The notes beneath the pieces are model-generated. The model made no database searches. It had not been told where the DNA came from and saw nothing but the letters and a program-made list of their open reading frames with translations. Both the position numbers and the translations under genes were made by a program. Of a DNA stretch of 64,000 nucleotides, positions 12,101 to 23,333 are shown in pieces. Numbering within the stretch: position 1 is the first letter of the stretch; the number at the start of each line of letters is the position of its first letter. The stretch is from contig NW_026938483.1 in assembly GCF_032062105.1 (NCBI RefSeq), forward strand, positions 248,001-312,000, in the 5' to 3' direction. The DNA comes from Saccostrea cucullata. Its lineage: Eukaryota.

Positions 12101-15100
12101 TCTATACTTCAGCGAACCCACAAAACACATTTGCGAGAAAATTTGTTGTCATATTTTTGCAAACACAAGTGGGAATATATAAATGTAAAATATATAAATG
12201 TGATATTTTGTTGTTTTTTTAAATCCACACCTGTATTTGACTTTTTGGTTAGTCAAACACGGAAACACAACAGCACTCCTGTATATAAGTAAACATTCAT
12301 CAACTTTACCGTGGTGTTCCTATCACATGGACATGGTACAATGTTAAATTTTATTTTTTTTCTATTTTCAATAAAAAGAAATGGAGTATTTATGCATTTA
12401 ATTCATTTTAAAACAATGCATGCATCGAAAGAAAGTTACTTAGATAAATGGTAATTATAATCAGGTATTGTCTGCAAGCTCAATCACCATGCCTGATTGC
12501 ATTGTTTACCTTGAGGCGATAGATGATTGAAATGCCAAGAAGCCAAACTTTGAAGGTGCTAGTGATAATAATTGGGAAACAACTACAGGGGTAACAATAG
12601 TTTAATAAAATTATAATTTGGCAGAATTTTGTGTCTTCCGAACATATGCAGTGCTAGTGTGTATATAAAATCCAATGACCCTTCGACATTACGGACATTA
12701 TGTAATCGCACGTTCCGGCTTACATGTTCTTATGTAAAAGCTTTGAACACACACAAAAAACGATATTTAGAAATCTGTTAGCGCACAATAAATTTTAGCG
12801 TTCAGGGGCTCTTGTGCCAAAGGCGCTAAAATTAGTAGTGTGCCAAATATTCTCGTTTTACAGTATATAGACTTGAAAGTTATCACAAAACAGACACTAG
12901 AAAGAAGTAAGACAAATATAAAGACCTAGAAAGTTATTTTATCCCAACTTTTATTTTCCAAAACCACAGAAATTGTAAAAATTAGGGATGTCAATTTTGT
13001 CGTAAAGCATGTAAAGGCAGACAAGGTACATGCTTTAGTCGAACGATAGTCGAATATTCATTTAATTTTAATTATTTTTTCATCATTTTCACTGTTTGAC
13101 TTTTAAGACTAGTTTACAATATTTAACCTACGCTATCACCATTATAAAACGAACTTCTGAATTGTAAACATGTACGTAGTACAATAAAAACTGTACATCA
13201 ATGTGTATCCTATGCATTTAATTTTAAAAATAATATATTAGGTGCACATTTTATCTAAATGCAGGATAACAAATGCTCGAAATTGTCCTTTCTTTACTTT
13301 ACGGTAGAACATGTACCCCAGAATTGAAGCCAATTTCTACGTTTCCGTCAATGCATGATCTTTGACAGGTAAACAATTAAAGCGTATTTATATAAAAACA
13401 TAAAGAGAATGAGACTTGAATAAATTTCAATTATGAAATTTTGTGCAAACAATCAATGATTGCTTGAAATTAATAACAGAAAAGAAAACAGGATTTAATT
13501 ACCTACTCTCATAACTGACCCCAACTTACGTGTATTTACAGTTTTGTAATAGCTGTTTAATTAGTATTCTTAAGTTTCTGAATAGTTTGAATCTACAAAA
13601 CTTAACAATTGCCCTCTCCATTTAAAACAGTAAGAGGATACAATCATTAATAAACATGTTTGAACACACACAAAAAATGATGTTTTTGAAGACATGTTTG
13701 CACACATACATCGACGTTCAAATAATTTCCTTTGAACAGTTATACCATACCCTTAATTTTACATACCCAGTATGAAAATTTTGATCTGTAAATAATGAAA
13801 TGGGCAAATCTAAGTTAATTACCTTAAAAACATTACTTTGAGAAAAAGTTTTTAAGAATAATACAAAGAAATTTTAGTCAAATTGGTATTATCCAACGAT
13901 GTTATTTCTCAAAACGTTGACATCCCTAGTAAAAATCCTTATTTTGGCATGCTAAAATTGCATACAGTGTAGAACTCTAAAGAAAACTTGAAGTGATGGG
14001 TTTCTTACCAAACTAAAATTCTTTTTTTAAACAGACAAGTTGCAAAGATATTTCTGGCAATGGCAGAAAGCAAGAGATGACAGAATCTTACAGAAGTTCA
14101 AACGAGAACAGGCTGTTAATCATCATGATACTGTGATCCAGCAGAGGGCGCTACAGCAATGGAAAGAGTTCACAGTCCTAGCAGTCAAGAAAAATGCAAG
14201 AACAATATATTGATTTTTTTATATAAAAAACATACTGGTATCCAGTGCTCATTTAGCCACATTTTATTTTTTCCAACATTCATTGCTTGTCTTGATTTTT
14301 TCAGCTTCTAATGAAACAGTGTGTGTGGTTTAACAATATCAGATTGATGAGTAATTTTCTGTCCGTGTGGAAGTGGAGGTACCAGTTAAAACAAGAGGAG
14401 AACCAGAAAACTGACATCGCTTTGTGGCATTGGAGTCTGGTTCTCCAGAAGAAGGTATAAAAGATAGACACAGAACATAAAGAAAGAGAGAGGCTGTAGA
14501 AATGTCTGTAGTTTTACCTCCATTATCATTGTAGCTTAACTTTATTTACACTAAATTAGAGTTTTTAGACATGAACATGCATTCTGTATGATTTAGTTTC
14601 AAAATTTCAGATAAATGTTGGAAAACATTGGGTGGGCACTAAATTAGTTTTACTGAGCACAGTAAGATATTGAGGACAGTATTGACATATTCACAGATTT
14701 TGGTGGCCTGGTTTGGCTTCACTGCAGACAGGAAGAGAAAGAAGGATCGAATCACTCAGGCCTTGGAGAGACGACGCACGCGACAGATACGTCAGGGCAT
14801 CACCCAGTGGATCGCTGTGGCAACAGACCTGTCAAATATGAGGGCTAAAATTGCAGCCCAGCAAAATGCTAAGGTTAGTATTGTAACAGTAGTCACAAAG
14901 ACTAGCAAGGGTTCATTGAAAACAAATAAGAGTGGCACATCTTTCTCTCTTTTGATGTCCTGTACACAATGCTAATACATGTATGTGCGCACTAGACATA
15001 GACTTTTATATTTACTGTAAAATTGCATTTGTCTGCATGATTTGCTTCAGATGCAATCATTTGCTAAATGTGGGACTAAGCCTTTGCCTCAATTGTATAT

Positions 15101-17767
15101 GTAAAATATATTTTTTGAAGTGATTTTTTTTAAAGTTTGATTTCTTGTATTGATGTAAAGTTTGGTAACTTTGGTTACTTGTACTGTTGATATTTCTCAG
15201 GATGCCTTATTAAGTTTGATTACTTGTATTGATGTCTGATGATATTTTTCAGGATGCCTTTGCCAAACATCAATTAGTTCAGCGTTGTGCGTTACACTGG
15301 CGATACATAGCAGCTAAGAGGAAATCAAGGGGAGATCACTCTAACAGAAAAAATCAGGACTTGCTTCAATTTGAGAAGAAAAATGTAGACTATGTTCCAA
15401 AATTAAAACCTAAGGACTTCCATAGAGAGGAAATTCTCTGTAAACCCTTCCCATACAACCCAGTGGAGTCTGTGTCTCCTCAGAGACTTCCAGACAAGGG
15501 ACAGAACCTCTCCTCTCTACAGTAGGTTTCTTATTACTGGAGGTTAGGCTCCACAAAAAAGCTGGAGTTGTTGCCCCCTGATTTACAGCTGATGCAGATT
15601 TTCATCTGTTTAGATAATTTTTCACACCAGTTCAGACTGTCAGGAAGCTTTTTTTGCAACATCTATTTGTTAAATTTTTACTTGTAAAGTAAGCTTAGAA
15701 TTTGTTTTGACAGTTGTTTGTATTTTTTTACATCTCTAAAATTGATTTACCGTGTACAACTGTAGGTACATGTGGGTCTCTCTTTCTGTAAGGAGAATAT
15801 TACATTCTGTTAAAAGAGGTTTTCACCTCAGTTGTTGGGTTTTGCTTATCTAAGACAGATTTTTACATTTGATAGGAAGGGTCGGTACATTCTGATTATG
15901 TTCTATTTGTCTTTGTGTCCTGAATATTTTCTAAAAATGTTCTACTTATCAGATTGCCTGGAAGAAGAAAGCCCAGGCATCCTTCATTCCTGGAAGAATC
16001 TCTAAAGAGAGCTGGCCTGTTTTCTGGGGAAAGGTAATAAAGATGGGGCTTTGTTTACTGGAAATGTATAAAATTAAAATGTTTTAATTTTTTTTTGTGT
16101 TAAGTGTTTTGCAAAATCCTCTATATTGGAATCATTTGAATTCATTGTGGTCAATGTTTGTGGGCAGTCAAAATTTTATTGAATTCATGAGTCTCTTTAT
16201 ACCACAAATGCAATGAAATTAACCTCCAACATAAATTAGTGCTTTCTCAGTAATCAAGATACTAAAATCTCAGATTTAATATCATTGATATAAAAGATAT
16301 TCATTTTGCATATGTGTTTAAACAAATAGTAAAGTACTTTTTTTAAAAATACTATTGATTAAATTTTTTTACAGGCCAGTTTCTGATGGAAATCAAAATA
16401 TACAGAGCAAACCTAGTCATCCTCCTTCTAGAATGTTAGAGGAAAGAAAACCTATCCAGTCTGTGCCTGTGATGTCAGAGGAGGAAGTTCCCAGTCCCCC
16501 CGTCCCTCCCCATATACCTACCTCAGACCTGCCCGGACCTGGAGATTGTCCTGTCATTCCTCAGGGTGAGAACAGCCGGGTTCCTCCACTTGACATACAT
16601 GGAGTGGACAATATACCCTACCTTCAGGAAAACATTGAGGTTTATCAGGGACAAATATCAGTGCTGCCTTCAGCTGCTGCAGTAACTCAGCACCATGTTC
16701 ACTTGGATCACATTCAGTCCATACAACCCACAACTGGAGAAGAATTCCAGCTCTTAACTCCAGATCATTTTCTCTCTCATCCAGATTACACGATTCCAAC
16801 TTTTCAAAGTGACATTTCCCCTCTAAGTACCCCAAGAACAGTTGACTCTACATCATTAGCTGTCAGATCAATGATACGAACTATAGATAGTACTGCAGGG
16901 ATTCCAGAGGCCCCAGGCAGGGTTAATGATCAAGAAACCCTCCCTTTGACTGAACAAATAGTGAGGATAAGAAATCAGCTGAAAAGTTTTGAACAACAAA
17001 AGAAAAAACTCAGGTGAGTCCAAACAAATATTTAATATGGGATACTGACTGAAAATTGAAATGATAAACGTGAAAAAAATTTTGAAAACAGAAGTTCAAA
17101 GGTCATAGGTTTAAGTGTTCTTATTGTTAAATTTCATTTTTTAAAAAAACAGGAAGTTACAAAAACAGCACAAACAGCTGACTTCCTGGCTTGATGATGA
17201 AGAGGGGACTGTCTCAGAATCTGAAATTAAGGAGGTGAAAGAAGAAGTAAGGGAGGTAAGGGGCATGTCCCTTTGAAAAATTATTTTTAATCAAATTTAA
17301 TTTTATTAATCAGGTTTACTCTTTTTGTGTGTGTAATGGGAAATAAAGGAAAGTTTCATGATTGAATGTGGCAAAAAAAACAGACTTAGTTTTAAAAAAA
17401 ACTGCTTTACTCAAAATAAGCACATAAAGCAGTCAAATCACCATTACTGGCATGATTATAATAGGCAATAGGTCCTTTACAAAAATTGTTAAATACACGA
17501 CCCCTATGTCCAGATAAAGCCAATTTGATCTCAACAAGAAAAAGACATGATGCTCGTATAACTGTCAAGGCCTAAGGGCTGAGAATTTTAATGTATTATA
17601 GGAAGATGGTATTAATTGTTGATACTTTTATATTTTAGATGGAGAAGGAAATTAAAACATACCAAGCTGAGATAGAGAGGCAAAAACCAGAATGTGCCCA
17701 GTTAGTAGAAAAGGTCAATCAGCTCATTCAAATGATGTCAGAAAGGTCAATCAGCTCATTCAGATGA
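178..17767 (+). CDS. SFI1: SFI1-like centrin-binding protein (Sfi1 repeats), 5'-incomplete, 23 exons in window
   Basis: Exons 178-280,1380-1536,1771-1932,2354-2424,2818-2910,4298-4395,4931-4997,5428-5558,5948-6029,9250-9342,10122-10207,10408-10483,10568-10740,11026-11128,11357-11453,14035-14195,14305-14454,14697-14873,15253-15521,15953-16033,16375-17013,17153-17255,17639-17767. All phases join into one open frame. Recurring A-x7-LL-x3-F/L-x2-W-K/R-like units (e.g. ALSLRHYQQTVKRRCFIAWTQ, AVQHYFKTLLSRHWQIW, ALWHWSLVLQKKILVAWF), then a Pro-rich region (KPRHPSFL) and a C-terminal coiled coil. CCDC191 is a less likely alternative. Confidence 0.85.
259..1252 (+). repeat. ~31-bp minisatellite (about 30 copies) containing the exon end and 5' splice site
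   Basis: Unit GCATACAGAATTCAGGCACAG|GTAAGTACAG; the first copy is the end of exon 178-280. Confidence 0.95.
1632..1812 (+). repeat. 62-bp tandem triplication of the 3' splice site plus exon start
   Basis: TGTTTTATAG|ATTATGCAGATAAA.. with AGs at 1645-46, 1707-08 and 1769-70; only the last copy continues into the open exon. Confidence 0.95.
1933..2353 (+). other. U12-type (minor spliceosome) GT-AG intron
   Basis: 5'ss GTATCCTT at 1933; branch box TTTTCCTTGACC at ~2329-2340, just upstream of the AG at 2352-53; no polypyrimidine tract; splicing keeps the frame (CTT T|AC ATG). Confidence 0.9.
2942..4103 (+). mobile_element. Non-autonomous Helentron/HINE-like element
   Basis: 5' TATACCCCCC..GGGGGGTATA palindrome, (GTCT)n microsatellite, two ~155-bp internal repeats, 3' end ..CTAGTT in a T-rich site. 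Confidence 0.6.
4365..4630 (+). repeat. ~46-bp tandem repeat of exon end plus donor, decaying to ~4830
   Basis: ATCTTACCAAGCAAGCACATGCTCATTATCA|GTAAGTTATCAGTAA; the first copy is the end of exon 4298-4395. Confidence 0.9.
5800..5990 (+). repeat. 67-bp tandem triplication of acceptor plus exon start
   Basis: TTCAG|AGAGAATTTGCTTGCCC.. with AGs ending at 5813, 5880 and 5947. Confidence 0.95.
6100..7797 (-). pseudogene. RTE reverse transcriptase portion (no internal stops)
   Basis: NYRGIMLLS, EQAGFRKGRSCADQIF, FIDFTKAFDSV, GVKQGCLLSP, LDFADDIALL, YLGS, GKRKRGRPKETW. Confidence 0.95.
7767..8555 (-). pseudogene. RTE apurinic-like endonuclease portion, truncated by deletion/frameshift
   Basis: WNVRTL, SETRW, YAPT, GDLNAK, HKTTW. 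The usual downstream IDH/SDH motifs and linker are absent and the frame changes near 7790. Confidence 0.9.
8816..9060 (-). ncRNA. HDV-like self-cleaving ribozyme (predicted) at the RTE 5' end
   Basis: Minus strand: P1 GTCTGCT (9060-9054) / AGCAGAT (8865-8859) with G1.U wobble; L3 TCCTCGA (8875-8869) closed by CC/GG; GG after P1 for P1.1; P4 TTGGG..CCCAA (8853-8833); J4/2 GCAGAA; P2 AGACCTATGTGG (8903-8892) / CCACAGGGTCT (8826-8816). Confidence 0.75.
9331..9888 (+). repeat. 31-bp minisatellite (about 18 copies) seeded on exon end plus donor
   Basis: GGGACAAACAG|GTTAGCTAATCCTATATAAA; the first copy is GGGACCAACAG|GTTAGA of exon 9250-9342. Confidence 0.95.
10733..10916 (+). repeat. ~33-bp tandem repeat containing the donor AAAG|GTATAA
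   Basis: TAAAG|GTATAAAATGTCATATCATTGAAAGCAT, about 5 copies, starting at the end of exon 10568-10740. Confidence 0.85.
11432..12936 (+). repeat. 58-bp exon-end/donor repeat (11432-11570) with a further copy at 12865-12936 beyond an inserted segment
   Basis: ACAAAACAGGCCCTAGATAGAA|GTAAGACAAATAGTTATATAGACCTAAAAAGTTATC. Confidence 0.85.
12983..13928. mobile_element. hAT-type non-autonomous DNA transposon
   Basis: TIR TAGGGATGTCAA / TTGACATCCCTA; perfect 8-bp TSD GTAAAAAT at 12975-12982 and 13929-13936. Confidence 0.9.
15135..15260 (+). repeat. Degenerate duplication of acceptor plus exon start
   Basis: TGATATTTCTCAG|GATGCCTT (AG ending 15200) and TGATATTTTTCAG|GATGCCTT (AG ending 15252). Confidence 0.8.
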
Positions 17768-18024
17768 TGTCAGAAAGGTCAATCAGCTCATTCAGATGAT
17801 GTCAGAAAGGTCAATCAGCTCATTCAAATGAATGAAAGGTCAATCAGAAAGGTCAGAAATCAGCTCATTCAAATGATGTCATCCAGCTCATTCAAATGGT
17901 CATCCAGCTCATTTAAATGATGTCAGAGAGGTCATCCAGCTCATTTAAATGATGTCAGAGAGGTCATCCAGCTCATTTAAATGATGTCAGAGAGGTCATC
18001 CAGCTCATTTAAATGATGTCCTAG
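17709..18024 (+). repeat. ~32-bp tandem repeat of the last SFI1 codons
   Basis: GAAAGGTCAATCAGCTCATTCAAATGATGTCA, about 10 copies; the last copy ends ATG ATG TCC TAG. Confidence 0.9.
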
Positions 18025-18758
18025 CAGAATTATATATCTACGATAGAACCAAGCCATGAATAAACTGCCAGAAAAAGTAGATTCAGAGATTAGATTTTCT
18101 TGTACATAATGATATTAAAGATTTAGTTCTAGAGAAACTTTCCCTGAGCAGGTAGATTTATTGTTTGGTCAGTTTGAATTTTCATAAACATTTTGAAATC
18201 ATGAAAGAAAAAAGAATAATTTACATATCTGGATAAAATGTTTGAAAAAAAAATGTTATTGCCACAGGATTACTTTTTTGCTCTTGATGTCATATATTTT
18301 CCTGTGTTGTTCTTAACATCTAAGCTTATGTCAGTTTTGTTGTAATTTTTAAAAGTAAGCACATACACATGTATTATTGAACATTAACTCATCAAGTAAT
18401 TAAAAATAGTTCTTGCTTAGTTAGGATATTTTCATGTTAGAAAGGTGGTATGGTAAATGGGTGGCATGTCTACAAAAAATATAATGCAACTTATCTAATC
18501 CAGATGTGTATTCCAAGATCTTGCCAAATACAATGTCAACTCCATTTCAGTAAATTCAATTTTTAAAAATATATATCTGGTCAACTTCTATGGAGGCAAT
18601 GGTGTTCAAATTTACACAAGTTTGAATGTATGTTGAATGTAAGTTAAAACTTGATGTTCAATCTTTTAAGTCACTCAGTACATGTTAAGAATTAAGTTTC
18701 CAGTTCATAAAACAATCTTCAAAGCTGGAATGACCCTACGAAATGATCGAGTGCATGT

Positions 18759-19083
18759 ACTACACAGGGAAAAGTGACTCACATGATATTCATGTAATTA
18801 TTTTTTTTTTATTTCAAAATTATATGAGAATCATGTAAATATTATATAATATTTTTCCATGCGAATTTTATCTGAAAAAAATTATATGATGTTCACATAA
18901 CATTTTTTTAGAACTTTATGTGAATTTTTTTTGCATGATATTCAGGCGATATGCTCTTCATGTAAAAGTTTTCATATAGATTTCAAATATCTCATTTTCT
19001 GTCTCTTTTTCATGCAAAGAATTCATATGAAATTCATGAGAATTTCAAAATAATTTTATATGAGCCACTTTTGCCTGTGTAGT
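18759..19083. mobile_element. MITE with TIRs and CATATG-type subterminal motifs (EnSpm/CACTA-like, tentative)
   Basis: ACTACACAGGGAAAAGTGACTCACAT / ATATGAGCCACTTTTGCCTGTGTAGT. Confidence 0.65.
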
Positions 19084-19534
19084 TTCAAAGAATTTATCAA
19101 TTTTTTATATAAAAAATGAAAGTTTGTTATCTACATTTCTTTTATCTTAATGGTAGTTTTGAATTTATGAAATGAATGTTGTATCAAAGAATCTTATATA
19201 AAAATAGTGCCAAATTAAAAATCTTTCAAAGTAAGCAGTTCTTATTTATTTGTTCTCAGAAAATGGGAATTCAGTAAAGTTTTATGTCAGTTTGAATATT
19301 TCTGTTATATTCCTACATTAGTATATATGAAATTGTCCACAGTTATACCGAATTCATGAATTTCATAAAATCCTTACAAAGATGCATAGCTAGCTGGTTC
19401 CAGTAAATATATATACCATGGCTACTTTATTCAAAATCTTATAAACAAGAAGGGGGGGCTAAGTCTTGCTGTTGAATTTGACAAGGTTATTAAATTTATA
19501 TACACAACACATGAAACAAATCTTTATGTTAAAA

Positions 19535-19885
19535 GTGCAAAACGTCATGATGACTTTAACTTTTTAATCACCAACTTCTCTAATTTGTGTAACAAATTAC
19601 CCTTATCACTCGCATGTAGGATTTATATCTCAGTTGATTCGATATGCAAGAGCATGCTCTACGAACAAACAACTTCTAAAACGAGGTAAATTATTGACAA
19701 ACAAGTTGATGAACAGGAATATCAATATACTCGTTTAAAGTTATAATTTTACAGTTCAATGGTTGGAACAACGACTTCGTTAGTAAATACAGTATACATG
19801 AATTATCAAATCACCTGCTGACAGGAGTTTTCTTATCAATTGTTAGGCCATTTTTCACACACTGGATTTTCTACGGTCCTTTTGG
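19535..19885 (+). mobile_element. Penelope-like retroelement RT C-terminal remnant
   Basis: Degenerate DDFNF..NF, SQLIRYARAC, RGKLLTNKL coding relics; homologous to 27040-27600, 29400-29915 and 55420-55810. Confidence 0.6.
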
Positions 19886-22800
19886 TAACCCGTTTATGGC
19901 CAGATCTTGGTCTATCATATATGTTCCTAGCTGCTAGAGACGTATGTTTAACCGCTGCAAAACCGATTGATGTACACCAAATGAAATTTAATAGGCCCAT
20001 GTGGGCTCTGCTCCCATTTAATTTGGTATTGTTTAAATGGATTTTTTAGTTTGATTAATGTTCGTTATCTCTTTTTTTATGTCAAACTTTACTTCCAATA
20101 AAAATGGAACACGAAATTTTACTTACATTGTCATTGGTCATTTGTAAATTATTTTAATTGATAAAACTTCGTTAATATATCAAAAATAAAATAAAAGTTC
20201 ACAAAGAGAGATTTCTTGTTTCCTGTAGAATTTTTTTTGTATTCAACTAATAATTTCCAACAAGCCTGTGGGATATTCCATCGGTTTTTAGCAAATTTGT
20301 TTTAAATTTTAAAAAAAAAAACTTCTAGATGAAATAAAGAATTCTTTGCTATGGCCTTTACTCCAACAAGAATAAAACTTAAGAAAAATCAACTCTCTGC
20401 AATCGACAATATTTAGAAAAAGCCTTGTAAAAGACTTTTATTTCAAAAATGTTTCAAATCTGGATAATTTGGTAAAAAACTTGACATTAATGGGTGATAA
20501 TTAGTTTGATGAAACAAAAGATTCATGGTGGCTTTAGCTTTTCATAAATGTTTCGGACTTATAGTGTTTGTGTGGCAAAAATATATTGTCAAATTTTAAA
20601 GTATGTGTAATCGGTTATTCAATGTGCATACATTGTTTTAAACGAGGCATGTTTCAGAGAAACAAGTTGATCACAAATGGATATCCGGTACAAACTTTGC
20701 CAAGTTATTTTCTTAAAAATGAAAGTGGTGAAAACAGAGAAAATCATGCTTTTTAAATAATTGAAATTCAATGCAGAAATATCATACAAATTATTTTTCT
20801 CACATGTGTTTTTAAATCTGTATACAAACTAATGAAGGATATAGAGATAAAGAGCAGTATTCAATATCAAAGTCCAAACACATACAAAATAGGAGCAGAA
20901 TTTAAAACATAAGAGATAACATTGTCCATGAACAGTGCATCGCCCACAAAGATCCAGATATGTGATTTGTTATTGAATTTTGCACAAAATATCAAAAAAT
21001 TAACGTGGTCAATTCAGTGTGTAAATAACAGACTAAAACTAGGAAAAACATCTGTCAGCATTTGACTCAAATGTGAACTGTATTTGAAGGTCATTATATC
21101 TGTTGGAAATAGAGAAATGCATCACATTAATGACGCATATTCCCACAAATGTTACCTTAATGCCATATTCTTTCTTGATTTATCAGAGTCATTTATTTAA
21201 CTAATTTGAAAGCCAGTTTCAAAACTTTTTGATGTCATTACATTTTTAGGGCGGAATAAAGCTAAAACCATACCTTCTTCGTTGATGGTCCAGATTAGTT
21301 CAAGATATGTGAACACAAGTTTTATTATGCTCTAAGCAGTGTTCATTGGAATATAAGGCTTCTGAAATAGGTTCAAAGAGTTTCATTTGAAAATTACATG
21401 CCATCTACAAATAAGAATCAATCTGAGCAGTGTCTTTGAGAGATCCGAATAATGGTTTGCCAAACCATAAAAAAAATGTAGTGTATGTAAGGCCAATCAA
21501 GATTCAGATAAAGCATGAGACCTACATTTCAAAACTGGGGTTAAAGTTATGAATTATATTTGCTGTTTTTAACCATCTTAAATCTTCTTGTCAGAAATAT
21601 GATAATGTAATAAGAATAAACTTTTCAAAAAGAATACACCATAAGCTCTTACCTATCAATTACTTGCTAATATCTTGTCAAAGAAGTGCTCACATTGCTG
21701 TATGTATTATCAATGGTCTTAATGAATTTCATGTAATAACAAAATGCATTTAACAGGTTTGCATAACAATTTAAGTGCAAGTCACAAGGAAAGTGGACTT
21801 GAATTAGACAAGATAAGAAATTTCTACACATAGCTTTTTCCAACTTAATTTAATTAGCGTACTTATACAACCATAAATTAAAGAAAGAAAAAACGCGTGA
21901 TGTGACAATGTTTTATTATCTAATAATGATAATAATAATAAAGTCACAGTTCATATATACATGTATAAATATATTTCAGTATGAAATAAATATGTTTTCA
22001 TCCTTTTATTTTCAATACAATTGATCTTTTAAACAACATTTATGTTTTAGATATGAAAAATGTACATGTACGTTAATTCATGCTTTTATTTCACAATAAT
22101 TGACATCTGCATAAAAGGGAAAAAGGTTAACAAAAAGTACCTTTTCAATATGAAAAGCTTGTATACCATATTATCATCATGTCAGCACAAGACATAAAAA
22201 AGAAAATGAATCAAAATAAAAATGTTCAAAACATATAGTATGTTGCAATGATAGTTGTAGAACCTACTATAGTATTTTCCCCATTTGCAATTTTTTTTTT
22301 GGGGGGGGGGGAGATTATATTGATTAATGGGCTTCAAATTATGGAGCCATTAAAACAAAGATAAAATATACTGTCAAGTCTAAACCATTATCCTATAAAA
22401 GAGAAAGAAAAAAAAATTAACAACAATTATACAAAAATAAACTCAATATGTTTCCCCCTTATTTGAAAGGTACCATACTTCGTTGTTCACAAAACAAATA
22501 TATCATAAAATGAAACTCATTATTTATTCGGCTTTCTTTTACGTTTCACATAAATTAGCTTTTCACTACTATGTTAACTGAGAATTAACATTGTTTTCAA
22601 AATTAATCTAAAGATATTTACATTTTTTGTATAAGTGGAATGAAGCAAGGAATCTAAATTATAATCTATGGAATGAAGCAAAAAACGCTTAGATGCACCA
22701 TAGCAGATTGATAGCCTATTTTTGGTGACCTTCATTTCATTGATTGTCTATATATAAATTAGATCAGTGTTTGACAATGCTCCCTGTCATCTTTTATAAC

Positions 22801-23333
22801 ATACATCATAATACATAATATAGAACGTACGTAGTACATAATATTGGACTGTACCAATGATTCAGATACTAAATCTTGAAAGTAAAAAACCCTAATGATA
22901 TTAACAATATAATTATAAATTACATCAGGAAAGCTTGTTAGTATACCTCCGTTAAAAATTATAACGTGAATGTGTATCTTCAGTTCATTCAATATTATCC
23001 TGAGAAATTGTAAACGTGTTGTCCTTAGGGCAAGAAGCTCATCAGAATTCATAATCAGCGCATTAATTATTAAATAGCTTCCAAGTCTTCCTTAACCCTT
23101 TTCCTTGTTTTAATGGTTTTATGTGGTTAATATGAACAAAGGTTGCGTAGAGTTTGACAAAAATACTTTTTTGCCATTTTAAAATTGATACCGCAACGTT
23201 ATTCAAACAAACAATTACGTCTAAAAATTTGCATTTCTAAACGACTCTTTCTCAGACTTGAATATGGACGTTCTTATTGATACTTTTACAGATGATCTAT
23301 CTAACCTTTGACCTGACCCTTGTTCCTGTTAAC

